DNA of 64,000 nt from Eledone cirrhosa (Eukaryota), in assembly GCA_964016885.1 (NCBI GenBank), contig OZ024762.1:2666001-2730000 (forward strand), read 5' to 3'. The notes under the pieces were generated by a model. The model did not search any database, was not told where the DNA came from, and was given only the letters and a program-made list of their open reading frames with translations. Of this stretch, positions 37,150 to 50,393 are shown piece after piece. Both the position numbers and the translations under genes were made by a program. Numbering within the stretch: the first letter of the stretch is position 1; the number at the start of each line of letters is the position of its first letter.

Positions 37150-38236
37150 TCGTCGGACGCTAGACGGAAGGACCGGTGAAATTGCTCGGGGTCTGGTTCG
37201 GTCTAGACCTCCAGGTGGAGAAAATCTGGAACGAGGTCATGGCCAAGGTATTTGCGCTCACCCAGAAGTGGGCAGAGTGCAAACTGTCTTTGAAAGGTCG
37301 AGCGGAGGTGGCGAACACTTTCATAGCGTCCGTCATCTACTACCGCTTGACTGTCGTGCCTTGTCCCTGTGAATACCTCACCAAGATGAAATGCATGCTC
37401 TTCCAGTTCCTGTGGAAGAAGCAGGCTCCACTGGTGAGGAGATCCGTCTGCTGTCAACACCCTTCCAACGGAAAGCTGGGCATGCCGTGGCTAATGATGG
37501 GCAAACATGCGCTGAGGCTACGGCATCTCCAGGTATTCCTCACCGACCAACCGGTGTCGGCACCGTTTGTGAGACAGGCCTTCCCACAACTTGTCTCGCT
37601 GACGGAGCTGCAGTCCTGGGTGAAGCAAAGACCGAAGAAGATGGGCGCCTGGCACATTGAATGTGCCCAGGTGCTCACAGCCCTCTGTCAAGCGGGCACA
37701 GCAATCAGTGGAGACTCCATTTCGACATTCTATAGAAGGTTAGTACTTTACAAGTGCGATGACGTGCTCGGGGAGACTCTAGGCGTCGAAAACGACGAGC
37801 TCACCAGTCTGTTTGGTATGACTTTCCACCCGGGACTTATGGACAACTTCCAGAGGTCCCTGGCCTTCTTTAAATATCACTTTAGAAGGAGAATCAGAGT
37901 GGAGAGAGAGGCACTGCACCACAGTAAATTTACTGAAGGGAAGGGTGGGTGAATGAAGCGAAAATAGCCCGAGTGATTGGGCCTTCTCTGTTTATAAGCC
38001 TGTAGGTTGAAGAAGAGAGCAAAAGGAAGAAAGAAGCACTTGCACAACACTCCTGAAGTTGAGTGTTGTTCTATCTACGGGGTATTAAACAACCCATTTG
38101 TGGCGCCTCCCCCCTATTGGGGATTTCGATTGTTATAATTGTTTATTTCAATATTTTTACACGACTGTATGTAAAATCCCCGGCATGTCTTTGTATTGTC
38201 CCCTTTTCTTGTGCGCCCTTGTGGCAAATAAAGAAA
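37150..38236 (+). mobile_element. Second, more truncated copy of the same Tx1/L1 family with internal deletion
   Basis: KLLGVWFGLDLQVEKIWNEV... aligns with 54770 onward; jumps from FQRSLA to FFKYHF (zinc finger lost); same 3' end GTGGC.AATAAAGAAATATATCTAT. Confidence 0.9.
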
Positions 38237-38684
38237 TATATCTATATATATACATACATATATATTTGTATGTTTTTTACGATATATTGTCTTCATTTAT
38301 ATGCTGTGTTTTGTCCGTTCTTCCATTGTCTTCGCCCACCTTTTTTTAATTAATTTATAAGGTCATAGCTGTATATATATATACACATATATATATATAT
38401 ACAGGGGTAGTAGAACTGGGGAGGCCAAGCAGGCCATGGTCCCCCACCCCCAATAATTATATTTTCTCCCCAAACTACCAAAATACACATCTATTTGTAA
38501 ATGTTCTACCATTTATGTACCTGTTATGTTTATCACATATCGAAGTTTTATATATCTTGGTAGATATTTCATAATAACAGCTAAACTAATCAATACAACT
38601 AAATTGACCAAATTTGGACCCCTTAATTCAGAAATGCTTCCACTGGCCCTGGGTTATATATATATATATATATGTATATATATG

Positions 38685-38725
<41 letters not shown>

Positions 38726-38737
38726 GTATATGTATAT

Positions 38738-38771
<34 letters not shown>

Positions 38772-38807
38772 GTATATGTATATATATTTATATGTGTATA
38801 TGTATAT

Positions 38808-38847
<40 letters not shown>

Positions 38848-39192
38848 GTATATATATATATATATATTAAACGATGATGATGATATATATAATTAGTTAC
38901 AACAGTTATCCAACCCAACTTATTCAGTTATATGGACTGAGTGCTCAAACCCTTGGATATTTATACCAAATTTGTACTACAGATATATATATATATTTAT
39001 ATATATATATATATATAAATACATAATCAGAGAAAGCTAATAGCGATACTCCGGCCAAATTCCAACTCACTCAACAAACATTAGGAAATACCTGAGTATA
39101 TTCCTAATTAAATGCTCGGGGTGCTAACTATATTGTATTGTGTGGAGAATTGGCTGTATCATTTCATATGAGATATATCAAATATATCTCTT

Positions 39193-39315
39193 CCCAGACG
39201 TCTAGTTTCATTATAAGATTTCTACAAGTTGGGTGAAATTATACCAATTTATGTAGAAGCTTGTATAAGATCAACAGATTCTTATTCAAGTGGGCTCTTA
39301 TAATTCTTCACTGGG
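39193..39315 (-). ncRNA. Hammerhead-like motif with very long stem II, core C3 mutated
   Basis: Minus strand reads CCCA-GTGAAGA-ATTATAAGA...TCTTATAAT-GAAAC-TAGAC-GTC-TGGG: 4-bp stem I, perfect 9-bp stem II base, one core mismatch. Confidence 0.6.
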
Positions 39316-39592
39316 TGCCCAATAATATTAATATTGATAACCAAATAAACATCAATATTTAGCGATAATCACCATCAGTGCTTGAGGGAGCTGCTAGGTT
39401 GCTAGCCCAGCAGTTCTAAAGAAATTCTCACACTGTCTCAAAAATAGGAGGAAGGAGATTACCGCCAAAAAACAATACACACACAGGTCAATGAATTCTG
39501 AAAAGAATTCAAGCCAGGTGCTAGAACTCAATTGGATTTGAAAAAATAACCATATGTGCGCATCGCTTATGACACACATAGATATTTTCTCG

Positions 39593-39638
<46 letters not shown>

Positions 39639-40095
39639 TGCATGTGTGTGTGTGTATATATATATATGTTTGTGTGATTAATATAGCCTTCATTTACATG
39701 CCAAACCAATCCATAGCTACAACACTTCCAGCTCTTTAGATTACCAGGCAGGTTTGGAATGGTGCCGTATATATAAGATATATATAGACACATACACACT
39801 TACACACACACACACACACATACTTACATACACACATGCATATATATATGTGTGTGTGTATGTAAGTATGTGTGTGTGCGTAAATATGTATATATAGACA
39901 CATACATATATACATACTTACACACACACGTATATATATATATATATATATGTGTGTGTTTGTGTATATATATATATGTGTGTATATATGTACTTATATA
40001 CACACATGCTTATATATATATGAGTGTGTGTGTATATATATATATATGTGTGTATATATGTACTTATATACACACATGCTTATTTATATATATGA

Positions 40096-40131
<36 letters not shown>

Positions 40132-40196
40132 GTGTGTGTGTTTGTGTATATATGTACTTATATACACACACAAATACATATACATATATTTACATG

Positions 40197-40247
<51 letters not shown>

Positions 40248-41608
40248 GCATCCTGACTGACTTACCTACAATACACAGCAACACACTACCCACCCTACGT
40301 CTCACTAGTCCCCAGTACACCACTGCTATCTGCAACAACTGACTATAATAAACATCTCTCCAAGGACAGTAAACTAGAAATACTTTCTTATGACGCCCCC
40401 CCCCCTCTATATATCATCAGTACCCCCTCCCCCTCTATATATCATCAGTATCCCCCCTCCCCCTCTATATATCATCACTACCCCCTCCCCCCCTCTATAT
40501 ATCATCAGTATGACAACACCAATGGATGATATGTTGTTCTACCATTTCCCCACTATCATCATCATCATCATCATCATCATAACCACCACAACTGTCATCA
40601 TCATCATCTTCTTCTGGAAGAAAACTTCCAACAGATGTTCTGTATGCTGACATCACTACTATCATCATCACCACCATCACCACCGTCACCACCATCACCA
40701 CCGTCATCACCACCACCACCATCATCACCACCATCACCACCACCATCATCACCATCACCACCACCACCACCATCATCACCACCACCACCATCACCACCAC
40801 CATCATCACCATCATCACCACCACCACCGTCATCACCACCACCACCGTCATCACCACCATCATCTTCACCATCATCACCACCACCATCATCACCACCACC
40901 ACCATCATCATCACCATCACCATCACCACCACCACCACACTGATATATATATATCAGGAAGGGCATCCAGATATAGAAAAACTGCCCCAAAAAGTCTCAT
41001 CCGACCCATGCCTGCGTGGAAAAAAATAAAAATAAAAGCAGACCTATAAATGGTGATGATGATGATGATATTGCTTCTTTTGTTCATTATCCTAATACAA
41101 CAACAACAACAACAACTCAGTAAGTTCCTCTCAAGGGATTTTAAATATTATTGTTAGAGAATTGGTGTGATTATATTGGAGGTTGTGGGGTGGGGTAGGG
41201 TAGAATAGGGGGTGAGGTAGGGGTGGGGTGGGGCTGTTGTGAAGTATGTGTGAGTATATGGAAATAGGGGTGGGTGTGTGGGTTTAAAGATTCGGGGGTA
41301 GGGTATATGGAAATGTGGGGGGGGGGGGTATGGGTTTAAAGAGTGGGGGAGGGCTATAAGGAAAGAAGGGGGGGGGTTTAAAGGATTAGGGGTAGACTGT
41401 ATTGTGAAATGTGAAGTAAAACACTTTATTGTTCAACCAAATAACATCTTTAACAGTTAAGATGGGTTTTTTTTGTTCTCCCTTGGCTGTCTTTTTTAAT
41501 TTTTATTGTTTTTTATTATTATTATTTATTCAGTAGACTGTATTTGTGTCTGTGTTTTTAAACACAGACACACACACACATATATATATATGTATATAAG
41601 TATATACA

Positions 41609-41669
<61 letters not shown>

Positions 41670-41711
41670 CTGCTTGAAAAATGCATTTTACAACCTATGC
41701 CAGAATCTAGT

Positions 41712-41803
<92 letters not shown>

Positions 41804-41966
41804 TGTGTATATATATAAAATTGCCTGAAAATGCATTTTCCAACTTATGCCAGAATAGAAATGTGAATAAAAAAAGAGTCTTCGTAGTTCTGGTACTGAG
41901 AAAAAACTATCTAATATTACATCTCTCATACTTAAGTTCTAGTTTTGGTGTAGTTTCTATGTCTGG

Positions 41967-42720
41967 GTGCCCTTCCTATCACCAACCGGCTTGGTTTCCT
42001 TGATTGTGTGCCCTTCCTATCACCAACCAGCTTGGTTTCCTTGATTGTATGCCCTTCCTATCACCAACCAGCTTGGTTTCCTTGATTGTATGCCCTTCCT
42101 ATCACCAACCGGCTTGGTTTCCTTGATTGTATGCCCTTCCTATCACCAACCAGCTTGGTTTCCTTGATTGTATGCCCTTCCTATCACCAACCGGCTTGGT
42201 TTCCTTGATTGTATGCCCTTCCTATCACCAACCGGCTTGGTTTCCTTGATTGTATGCCCTTCCTATCACCAACCGGCTTGGTTTCCTTGATTGTGTGCCC
42301 TTCCTATCACCAACCAGCTTGGTTTCCTTGATTGTATGCCCTTCCTATCACCAACCGGCTTGGTTTCCTTGATTGTATGCCCTTCCTATCACCAACCGGC
42401 TTGGTTTCCTTGATTGGGTGCCCTTCCTATCACCAACCGGCTTGGTTTCCTTGATTGTATGCCCTTCCTATCACCAACCGGCTTGGTTTCCTTGATTGTA
42501 TGCCCTTCCTATCACCAACCGGCTTGGTTTCCTTGATTGTATGCCCTTCCTATCACCAACCGGCTTGGTTTCTATGGCTGGGTGTCGTTCCTGTTGTCAA
42601 CCAGCCCAGTTTCTATGGCTGGAAGCCCTTCCTGCCACCAACTTGGTTTCCTTGGCTGGGTACTCTTCCTGTCACCAACCTACATGGTATTTATGACTGG
42701 CAGCCCTTCCTATCGCCAAC
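41967..42720. repeat. 41-bp minisatellite, ~15 homogeneous copies plus degenerate end units
   Basis: TGCCCTTCCTATCACCAACCGGCTTGGTTTCCTTGATTGTA. Confidence 0.95.
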
Positions 42721-45092
42721 AAGCAGTATATACAGGGTGTGTTTATCATGTAAATCACCAATGCTAGGGAGCTTATCATGTGTGTATGTATGTCTGTCTA
42801 CATGTATGTATATATATATATGTGTGTATGTGTGTGTGTACATCTATATATGTGTGTGTATACATGTGTAGTTATATTTTTGGCAAAGCTATTTCTTGGT
42901 GTGTCTGTGAGAACCACAAAAGAACTAACTACCCATTTCATTTGTCAGGAGGTGGTGGTGGTGGTGGTGGCACTGTTTGTTGTGGTGGAGGTGGTGGTGG
43001 TGGCACTGTTTGTTGTGGTGGTGGTGGTGGTGATGTTTGTTGTGGTGGTGGTGGTGGCACTGTTTGTTGTGATGGAGGTGGTGGTGATGTTGGTAGTAGT
43101 GGTGGTGGTGGTGGTGGCACTGTTTGTTGTGGTGGAGGTGGTGGTGATGTTGGTAGTAGTGGTGGTGGTGGTGATGTTGGTAGTAGTGGTGGTGGTGGTG
43201 GTGGCACTGTTTGTTGTGGTGGAGGTGGTGGTGATGTTGGTAGTGGTGGTGGTGGGGGCACTGTTTGTTGTGGTGGAGGTGGTGGTGGTGGCACTGTTTG
43301 TTGTGGTGGAGGTGGTGGTGGTGGCACTGTTTGTTATGGTGGAGGTGGTGGTGGTGGCACTGTTTGTTGTGGTGGAGGTGGTGGTGATGTTGGTAGTAGT
43401 GGTGGTGGTGGTGGTGGCACTGTTTGTTGTGGTGGAGGTGGTGGTGATGTTGGGATGGTGTTGGTGATGTTGGGATGGTGTTGGTAGTAGTGGTGGTGGT
43501 GGTGGCACTGTTTGTTGTGGTGGAGGTGGTGGTGATGTTGGTAGTAGTGGAGGTGGTGGTGATGTAGTTTGTCGTTGTGGTGGTGGTGGTGTGGATGAGG
43601 TGGGGATGTTGGGATGGTGTTGGTAGTAGTGGAGGTGGTGGTGATGTAGTTTGTCGTTGTGGTGGTGGTGGTGTGGATGAGGTGGGGATGTTGGGATGGT
43701 GTTGGTAGTAGTGGAGGTGGTGGTGATGCTGGTTGTGTGGTGGTGGTGCAGATGAAGGTGGGGAGAGAGTGCAGACTCTCTGTTGATCTATTTTGGCTTT
43801 CATCATCTCAGGAATAAATACAAGACTACCAAAAGTAAACCAACATGGAATTGGTATTTAGGAATTAGGTAAACAGAAAAAAAATGGCTCATTTTTAGTT
43901 TTATTTTTATGTCTATTTATTTTATACAGTTTGAAACATATTTAGAAATAATCCAGGTTTTTTATTTTACTTTTTTTTTGCTTTTTTTTTGCTTTTTTGC
44001 TTTTTCTTTTTTTTGCTTCTTTTTCTTTTTTTCCGGTATGTGTGAAGAATTTGTATCAGTTCTCTTTTTCTTGGACAAATGAGAAAAGTTTGTGTGTGTG
44101 TGTGTATATATATACACATATATGCAAAATCATCATCCCTTGTCCCCAGTCTCCCACCCACCACCTCATCCATCATCATCAGCCCCCAATCCCGCCCACC
44201 AACCACCCTGTCCACCACCACCACCCTGTCAACCACCACCACCACCCTGTCCACCACCACCCTGTCCACCACCACCCCGTCCACCAACCACCCTGTCCAC
44301 CAACCACCCTGTCCACCACCACCACCACCCTGTCCACCCCACCCCACCCACCACTACCACCACCCTGTCCACCACCACCACCCTGTCCACCACCACCACC
44401 CTGTCCACTACCACCACCACCCTGTCCACTACCACCACCACCCTGTCCACCACTACCCCCCACTTTCTTTTTTTTCCTGTAGACTTTGATGAAATATTTC
44501 TGAAAATGTGGATTAAATGTTTATTTGTGAGTCGGAGGTGAGGGTGGGTAGGGGCTAGGATGATTCCCACATCACCACCCCACCACACTACCCATCACCA
44601 CGCCACAATCTCCCCCCCCCCACCCCGACACCACCCACACTAGCTGTCCCTCACACTCCATCCCTGCCGCCTAATGAAATTTGAGATGTGATTAGAGGAA
44701 GAAACAGATCTCCACCCACTCCTACCCTACCCCCACACCTACCTCTACCCTACCCCCACCCCTACCCTACCCCCACACCTACCCCATACCCTACTGCCAC
44801 ATCATTCCCCCCACACCATGCCGTCCATTTGGCAAATGTATTCTTGTGTAAGTGATGGGAGCCCTGGAAGTAAAATATGGTCTGATGTTGTTGTTGTGGT
44901 GGTGGTGAGAGGAGGAGATATACATTGTTGTGGTGGTGATGGGAGTAAGTGAGAGGAAAATGGTAACGAGGGGTGGCTGGGTAGTGGTGTAGGCTGGGGT
45001 GGATGGAGCATGGATGTGGGTGGTCTTGTGACAGTGATGATAACTACAGGAAGAAGAGTTGAGCAAGAGAGGAACAGTGAAGAAATGGCTGC

Positions 45093-45270
45093 TGAGCCAG
45101 GAATTAAGCCTTTAATGAGCCAGGAATTAAGCCTTTAATGAGCCAGGAATTAAGCCTTTAATGAGCCAGGGATTAAGCCTTTAATGAGCCAGGGATTAAG
45201 CCTTTACTGAGCCAGGGATTAAGTCTTTATTGAGCCAGGAAATAAGACTTGAGTGAGCCAGGAATATAGA
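45093..45270. repeat. 23-bp minisatellite GAGCCAGGAATTAAGCCTTTAAT
   Basis: About 7-8 units with progressive decay. Confidence 0.9.
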
Positions 45271-45469
45271 CATATTGTGAGGGAATCAAACACAGCCTCA
45301 CAATTGCTAATCCAACTCTCTAAACATTAAGCCCTGTGCCTTTACTTAAGAAAAACAGTGGAGATATTTATAAGGATTTTCTGCCCTACAGTTAAGCTTC
45401 TACCATTTCGATGGTAAATGTTGAAGCTTAATCTTAGGGCAGTAAACCCTTATTTCACACACACCCTCA

Positions 45470-45515
<46 letters not shown>

Positions 45516-45517
<2 letters not shown>

Positions 45518-45712
45518 CGAAGGAAATGTGGTAAGGAACCAGGTGGACCATAACGCACCAAAGTACTCAATACTTAGGGTAGTAGAGTGGGTAATAGGAA
45601 TGAGTAGGACCCCGACGGCTGAGCTCAAGCCGTTTCGACGGCTAATTCTGGACTCCAGAATTAGCCGTCGAAACGGCTTGAGCTCAGCCGTCGGGGTCCT
45701 ACTCGTTCCTAT
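45516..45712 (-). mobile_element. Fold-back element, family 1, second copy in opposite orientation
   Basis: 59-bp arms 45594-45652/45654-45712 with a single mismatch; tail 45516-45593; (TA)n on both sides. Confidence 0.82.
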
Positions 45713-46148
45713 ATATATATATATATATTAGTAATGGTTTGGTAAAGATATCCAAGCTATAGAGTACTCAGTCCTTGGAACGAGTTTATACACATACACA
45801 CTCCAACACACACATACACACTCATATGCTATTTCTGTTTTAATATGTCTATATTTCTGTTCAAGAGATCATTCTAAAGATTTCAAAATCTTTCTAAGTG
45901 TAATAAATAATGTTTGTTTTATTATATTTTCTCTGTAAAACCAATCTGGTTGAAGATGGCAATATTTTTCATCTGGCAGAGTCTGGGAGGATTCTAGTAT
46001 GTCTTCATTTGGTTTACATTTACAGCGCCACTTTACTTCAAAGGGAAGGCTATGTCTGTCGGAAGTCTTTGAGAAAACTGCATCTCTGCTTCCTTGGCTT
46101 CAGGCATTTTGGTTATATCTATATCATGTTATTGCACTCGCACACCCC

Positions 46149-46180
<32 letters not shown>

Positions 46181-46221
46181 GTATATAGGTGTAATCCCAA
46201 CTGTGGCACCAAGTGGTTCCG

Positions 46222-46259
<38 letters not shown>

Positions 46260-46517
46260 CATGTATATATATATACACACACACACACATCTATATATAT
46301 GTATATAGGTGTAATCCCAACTGTGGCACCAAGTGGTTCCGATATATAATATATATATATATATATATACATACATGTATATACACACACACACACACAC
46401 CTATATATATGTATTTATATATTTATATATATATATATACACACACATACATACACAAGTGTAAAATGGATGTTAAATAAGGATGATGACACATATTTAC
46501 ACACACACACACACACA

Positions 46518-46552
<35 letters not shown>

Positions 46553-46588
46553 TGAGTATCAATAGTATATTTGAGATAGAGAGAAACA

Positions 46589-46639
<51 letters not shown>

Positions 46640-46822
46640 GTATATATAAAGATAGTATTGAAGTTTGCTTGAAGCATTGTGGAATAATAAGGTAAATTTC
46701 TTTAAGTCGTTTGGAAGCCTCGACAATGCAGATGGGGGTAAATCTCCGGGTAACAAGATCCGGTGGTGGAGAGAGAGATGTAAGTGGGTGTACGTTGAGA
46801 TGTGTAGTGTGTAGAAGACTGT

Positions 46823-46868
<46 letters not shown>

Positions 46869-46977
46869 GTCTCTCTATCGCATATTGATACTCAGTACAT
46901 ATTTGTGGCAAAGATTTGATATACACTCTGGCTGACTTACAGCTAAATCTTATCCTGGGTAACACTGGGTCTTCTAC

Positions 46978-47028
<51 letters not shown>

Positions 47029-47141
47029 TTCATCTGTCCGTGTATGCTCACTATACGTTTGATTTTGTTGTGTGTGTTTTTATCTATCCTGGTACCATCT
47101 AAATGTGTCTGTGTATGGGACTGTGTGTATATGTATTTGAC

Positions 47142-47200
<59 letters not shown>

Positions 47201-47219
47201 GTGTGTGTGTCCTTATATC

Positions 47220-47256
<37 letters not shown>

Positions 47257-48165
47257 ATCCATCTGTTGCTATTTGTGTCTGTCTCCTCCCGCCCTCACCC
47301 GTTATCTCCCTTTCCATATATCTATATCATATGAACCTATCTCTTTATCTGTCTGCCTGTCAGTCTGTCCTCTACCCCCTCCATCTCTGCTGCCCCACCC
47401 CCACCCCCACCTCGAAGCTATCTTTATGTATGTCAGTTATATATTAGAGTACATATCTAGCCTTACTTTATCAAAGTACAAGATTCCCCGGCTTATATGA
47501 TTGTTTCATATATCCAGTAATCAACATCAACTAGAGGGTTCCTCTTATGCAGCAATCCTGGAATATATATATATATACATATATACATGACATATATATA
47601 TATATATATATATACATGACATATATATATATATATATACATGACATATATATATATATACATGACATATATATATATACATACATGACATATATATATA
47701 TATATACATACATGACATATATATATATATATACATACATGACATATATATATATATATATATACATGACATATATATATATATACATACATGACATATA
47801 TATATATATATATATACATGACATATATATATATATACATGACATATATATATATATATATACATGACTATATATATACATATATACATGACTATATATA
47901 TATATAGTCATGTATATATATATATATATATACAAATAAAATATAGAGTTATTAACTCATATAGATACCCTGTCCGAGAGATGAAATGGTTATTGATATG
48001 GTATGTATGAGAAATCTTGTAAGAAATCTTGTAAGAAATCTTGTAACATCCCATATGATTCATGTTGAATGATATATAACATTTGTGGTGTAATTTACCC
48101 TCGTAATTTTAGACATGGGTTTACTGTGTTTACTTCTACACTTATTAATATATATATATATATAT

Positions 48166-48365
48166 GTAGAGGTTTATTTAATTTGTTGGGATACAACAGG
48201 CAAAATATTTTTATAACTCCAAGGGTATGTCAATATTTATTTATAAAACTAACCTATATTATATTTTATCTGATGAAAGTGCACCATAGTTTGCTCTGGT
48301 GGCCCTTGAAATATGTATAATGAAATAAATATGGTTTTATAAATATAGTTTCCATTTGTTAATAT

Positions 48366-48370
<5 letters not shown>
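48166..48370 (+). mobile_element. Hammerhead-bearing short element, family 3, copy 1
   Basis: Shares start (GTAGA.GG..ATTTAATTTGTTGG) and end (ATATGGTTTTATAAATATAGTTTCCATTT) with 49003-49235; flanked by (TA)n. Confidence 0.75.
48263..48326 (+). ncRNA. Type I minimal hammerhead ribozyme
   Basis: Stem I ATTTTAT/ATGAAAT; CTGATGA (48270-48276); stem II AAG..CACCA/TGGTG..CTT; GAAA-T-ATGT-ATA, predicted cleavage after 48319. Confidence 0.78.
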
Positions 48371-48408
<38 letters not shown>

Positions 48409-48572
48409 GACATATATATATATATATATATATATACATACACATGACACATATATATATATACATGACTTATACATGACATACTAATTCTGGACTTCAT
48501 AAATTAAATTTGTTCAACGCTATTGACAGGACGGGGCCACTAATATATATATATGTGTGTGTGTGTGTATAT

Positions 48573-48603
<31 letters not shown>

Positions 48604-48880
48604 ATTTGTTATGTTGTTTATCAATAGGTAGAACTAGCGATTCTCGAAATATATATATATACATATATATATACACGGGATAACAGATTATTGTTATAGG
48701 TAGTCCACTTAGGTGTAGTCCAGTTGTGGTACTCCTCCGAGTAGTGGATGATATCAACGCTTGGCTAAGTTTGACTCAACAAGGCGTTTCCATAGTGATG
48801 CTGTGAGTACTACGCAGTGATTTCTATGTTGTTAACACTTGGAGTAATAATAAATCAGGAAAGAAGAGTGACACGGTTTG

Positions 48881-48914
<34 letters not shown>

Positions 48915-49002
48915 TTGGCTGTATGTTGCTATATACTTATGTGTCAATCTACACACACTACATAAGCACTATACACCTAGCTATATATATATATATATAT
49001 AA

Positions 49003-49230
49003 GTAGAAGGGATATTTAATTTGTTGGAAATTCAACAAATATAAATGTTTATAACTGACTACCCAAGGAAAATTCAACTGATAAGGTATGTTTCCTTGGT
49101 TATGTCAAAATTTATAAAACAAACTTTGTATTTTATCTGATGAGAGCGTACCAAAGCTTTTGGTACCCTTGAAATATATATAATAGAATTAATATGGTTT
49201 TATAAATATAGTTTCCATTTATTTAATATA

Positions 49231-49235
<5 letters not shown>
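49003..49235 (+). mobile_element. Hammerhead-bearing short element, family 3, copy 2
   Basis: Direct, diverged repeat of 48166-48370 with an extra CCAAGGAAA/TTTCCTTGG hairpin; flanked by (TA)n. Confidence 0.75.
49130..49189 (+). ncRNA. Type I minimal hammerhead ribozyme (paralog of 48263)
   Basis: Stem I ATTTTAT/ATAGAAT; CTGATGA (49137-49143); stem II GAG.GTACCA/TGGTAC.CTT; GAAA-T-ATAT-ATA, predicted cleavage after 49182. Stem II changes relative to the 48263 copy preserve pairing. Confidence 0.82.
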
Positions 49236-49288
<53 letters not shown>

Positions 49289-49341
49289 TACACACACACA
49301 TATATACATATATATATATATACACACACACATATACACAC

Positions 49342-49411
<70 letters not shown>

Positions 49412-49718
49412 CTGAGGTCCTCCTAAACAGGATGTATGTTATTAAATCACGTAGTAAGAGAAAACTGAGTTACAACTCTCATTAAATCCTTTTTTTAAAC
49501 TATACCCTCACCTCCACACTCACCTCCACCTCCACCTCCACACTCACCTCCACCTCCACACTCACCTCCACCTCCACCTCCACACTCACCCCCACCTCCA
49601 CCTCCACCCAGCCTCTAAACTTGGACTCAACATTTATATATTTTCTCTCCCTTTATATCCTCTCTCTCTCTCTTCCTATCTCTCTCATACAGGATACTTG
49701 TCTATTTTGTGTGTGTTG

Positions 49719-50393
49719 TTGGTAGTAGGTACTCCAATACTGTACAGTCTACCTAGCTGTAGGTAGGTACCACTGTCTATTGGTAGTAGGTACTCCAATA
49801 CTGTACAGTCTACCTAGCTGTAGGTAGGTACCACTGTCTATTGGTAGTAGGTACTCCAATACTGTACAGTCCACCTAGCTGTAGGTAGGTACCACTGTCT
49901 ATTGGTAGTAGGTACTCCAATACTGTACAGTCCACCTAGCTGTAGGTAGGTACCACTGTCTATTGGTAGTAGGTACTCCAATACTGTACAGTCCACCTAG
50001 CTGTAGGTAGGTACCACTGTCTATTGGTAGTAGGTACTCCAATACTGTACAGTCCACCTAGCTGTAGGTAGGTACCACTGTCTATTGGTAGTAGGTACTC
50101 CAATACTGTACAGTCCACCTAGCTGTAGGTAGGTACCACTGTCTATTGGTAGTAGGTACTCCAATACTGTACAGTCCACCTAGCTGTAGGTAGGTACCAC
50201 TGTCTATTGGTAGTAGGTACTCCAATACTGTACAGTCTACCTAGCTGTAGGTAGGTACCACTGTCTATTGGTAGTAGGTACTCCAATACTGTACAGTCTA
50301 CCTAGCTGTAGGTAGGTACCACTGTCTATTGGTAGTAGGAACTCCAATACTGTACAGTCCACCTAGCTGTAGGTAGGTACCACTGTCTATTGG
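49719..50393. repeat. 61-bp minisatellite, 11 near-identical copies
   Basis: TTGGTAGTAGGTACTCCAATACTGTACAGTC(T/C)ACCTAGCTGTAGGTAGGTACCACTGTCTA. Confidence 0.96.

Noticed and set aside
47460-48880. Possible hammerhead 3' halves on the minus strand at ~47485-47565 and ~48750-48835 (similar traces near 17340-17420, 27750-27820, 58480-58545)
   Set aside because: Hairpin-GAAA patterns are present but the CTGANGA core and/or cleavage triplet are missing; too degenerate to support individually.
49719-50393. CRISPR-like appearance of the 61-, 68-, 48- and 41-bp arrays
   Set aside because: Units are contiguous with no unique spacers, there are no cas genes, and the context is a eukaryotic intron.
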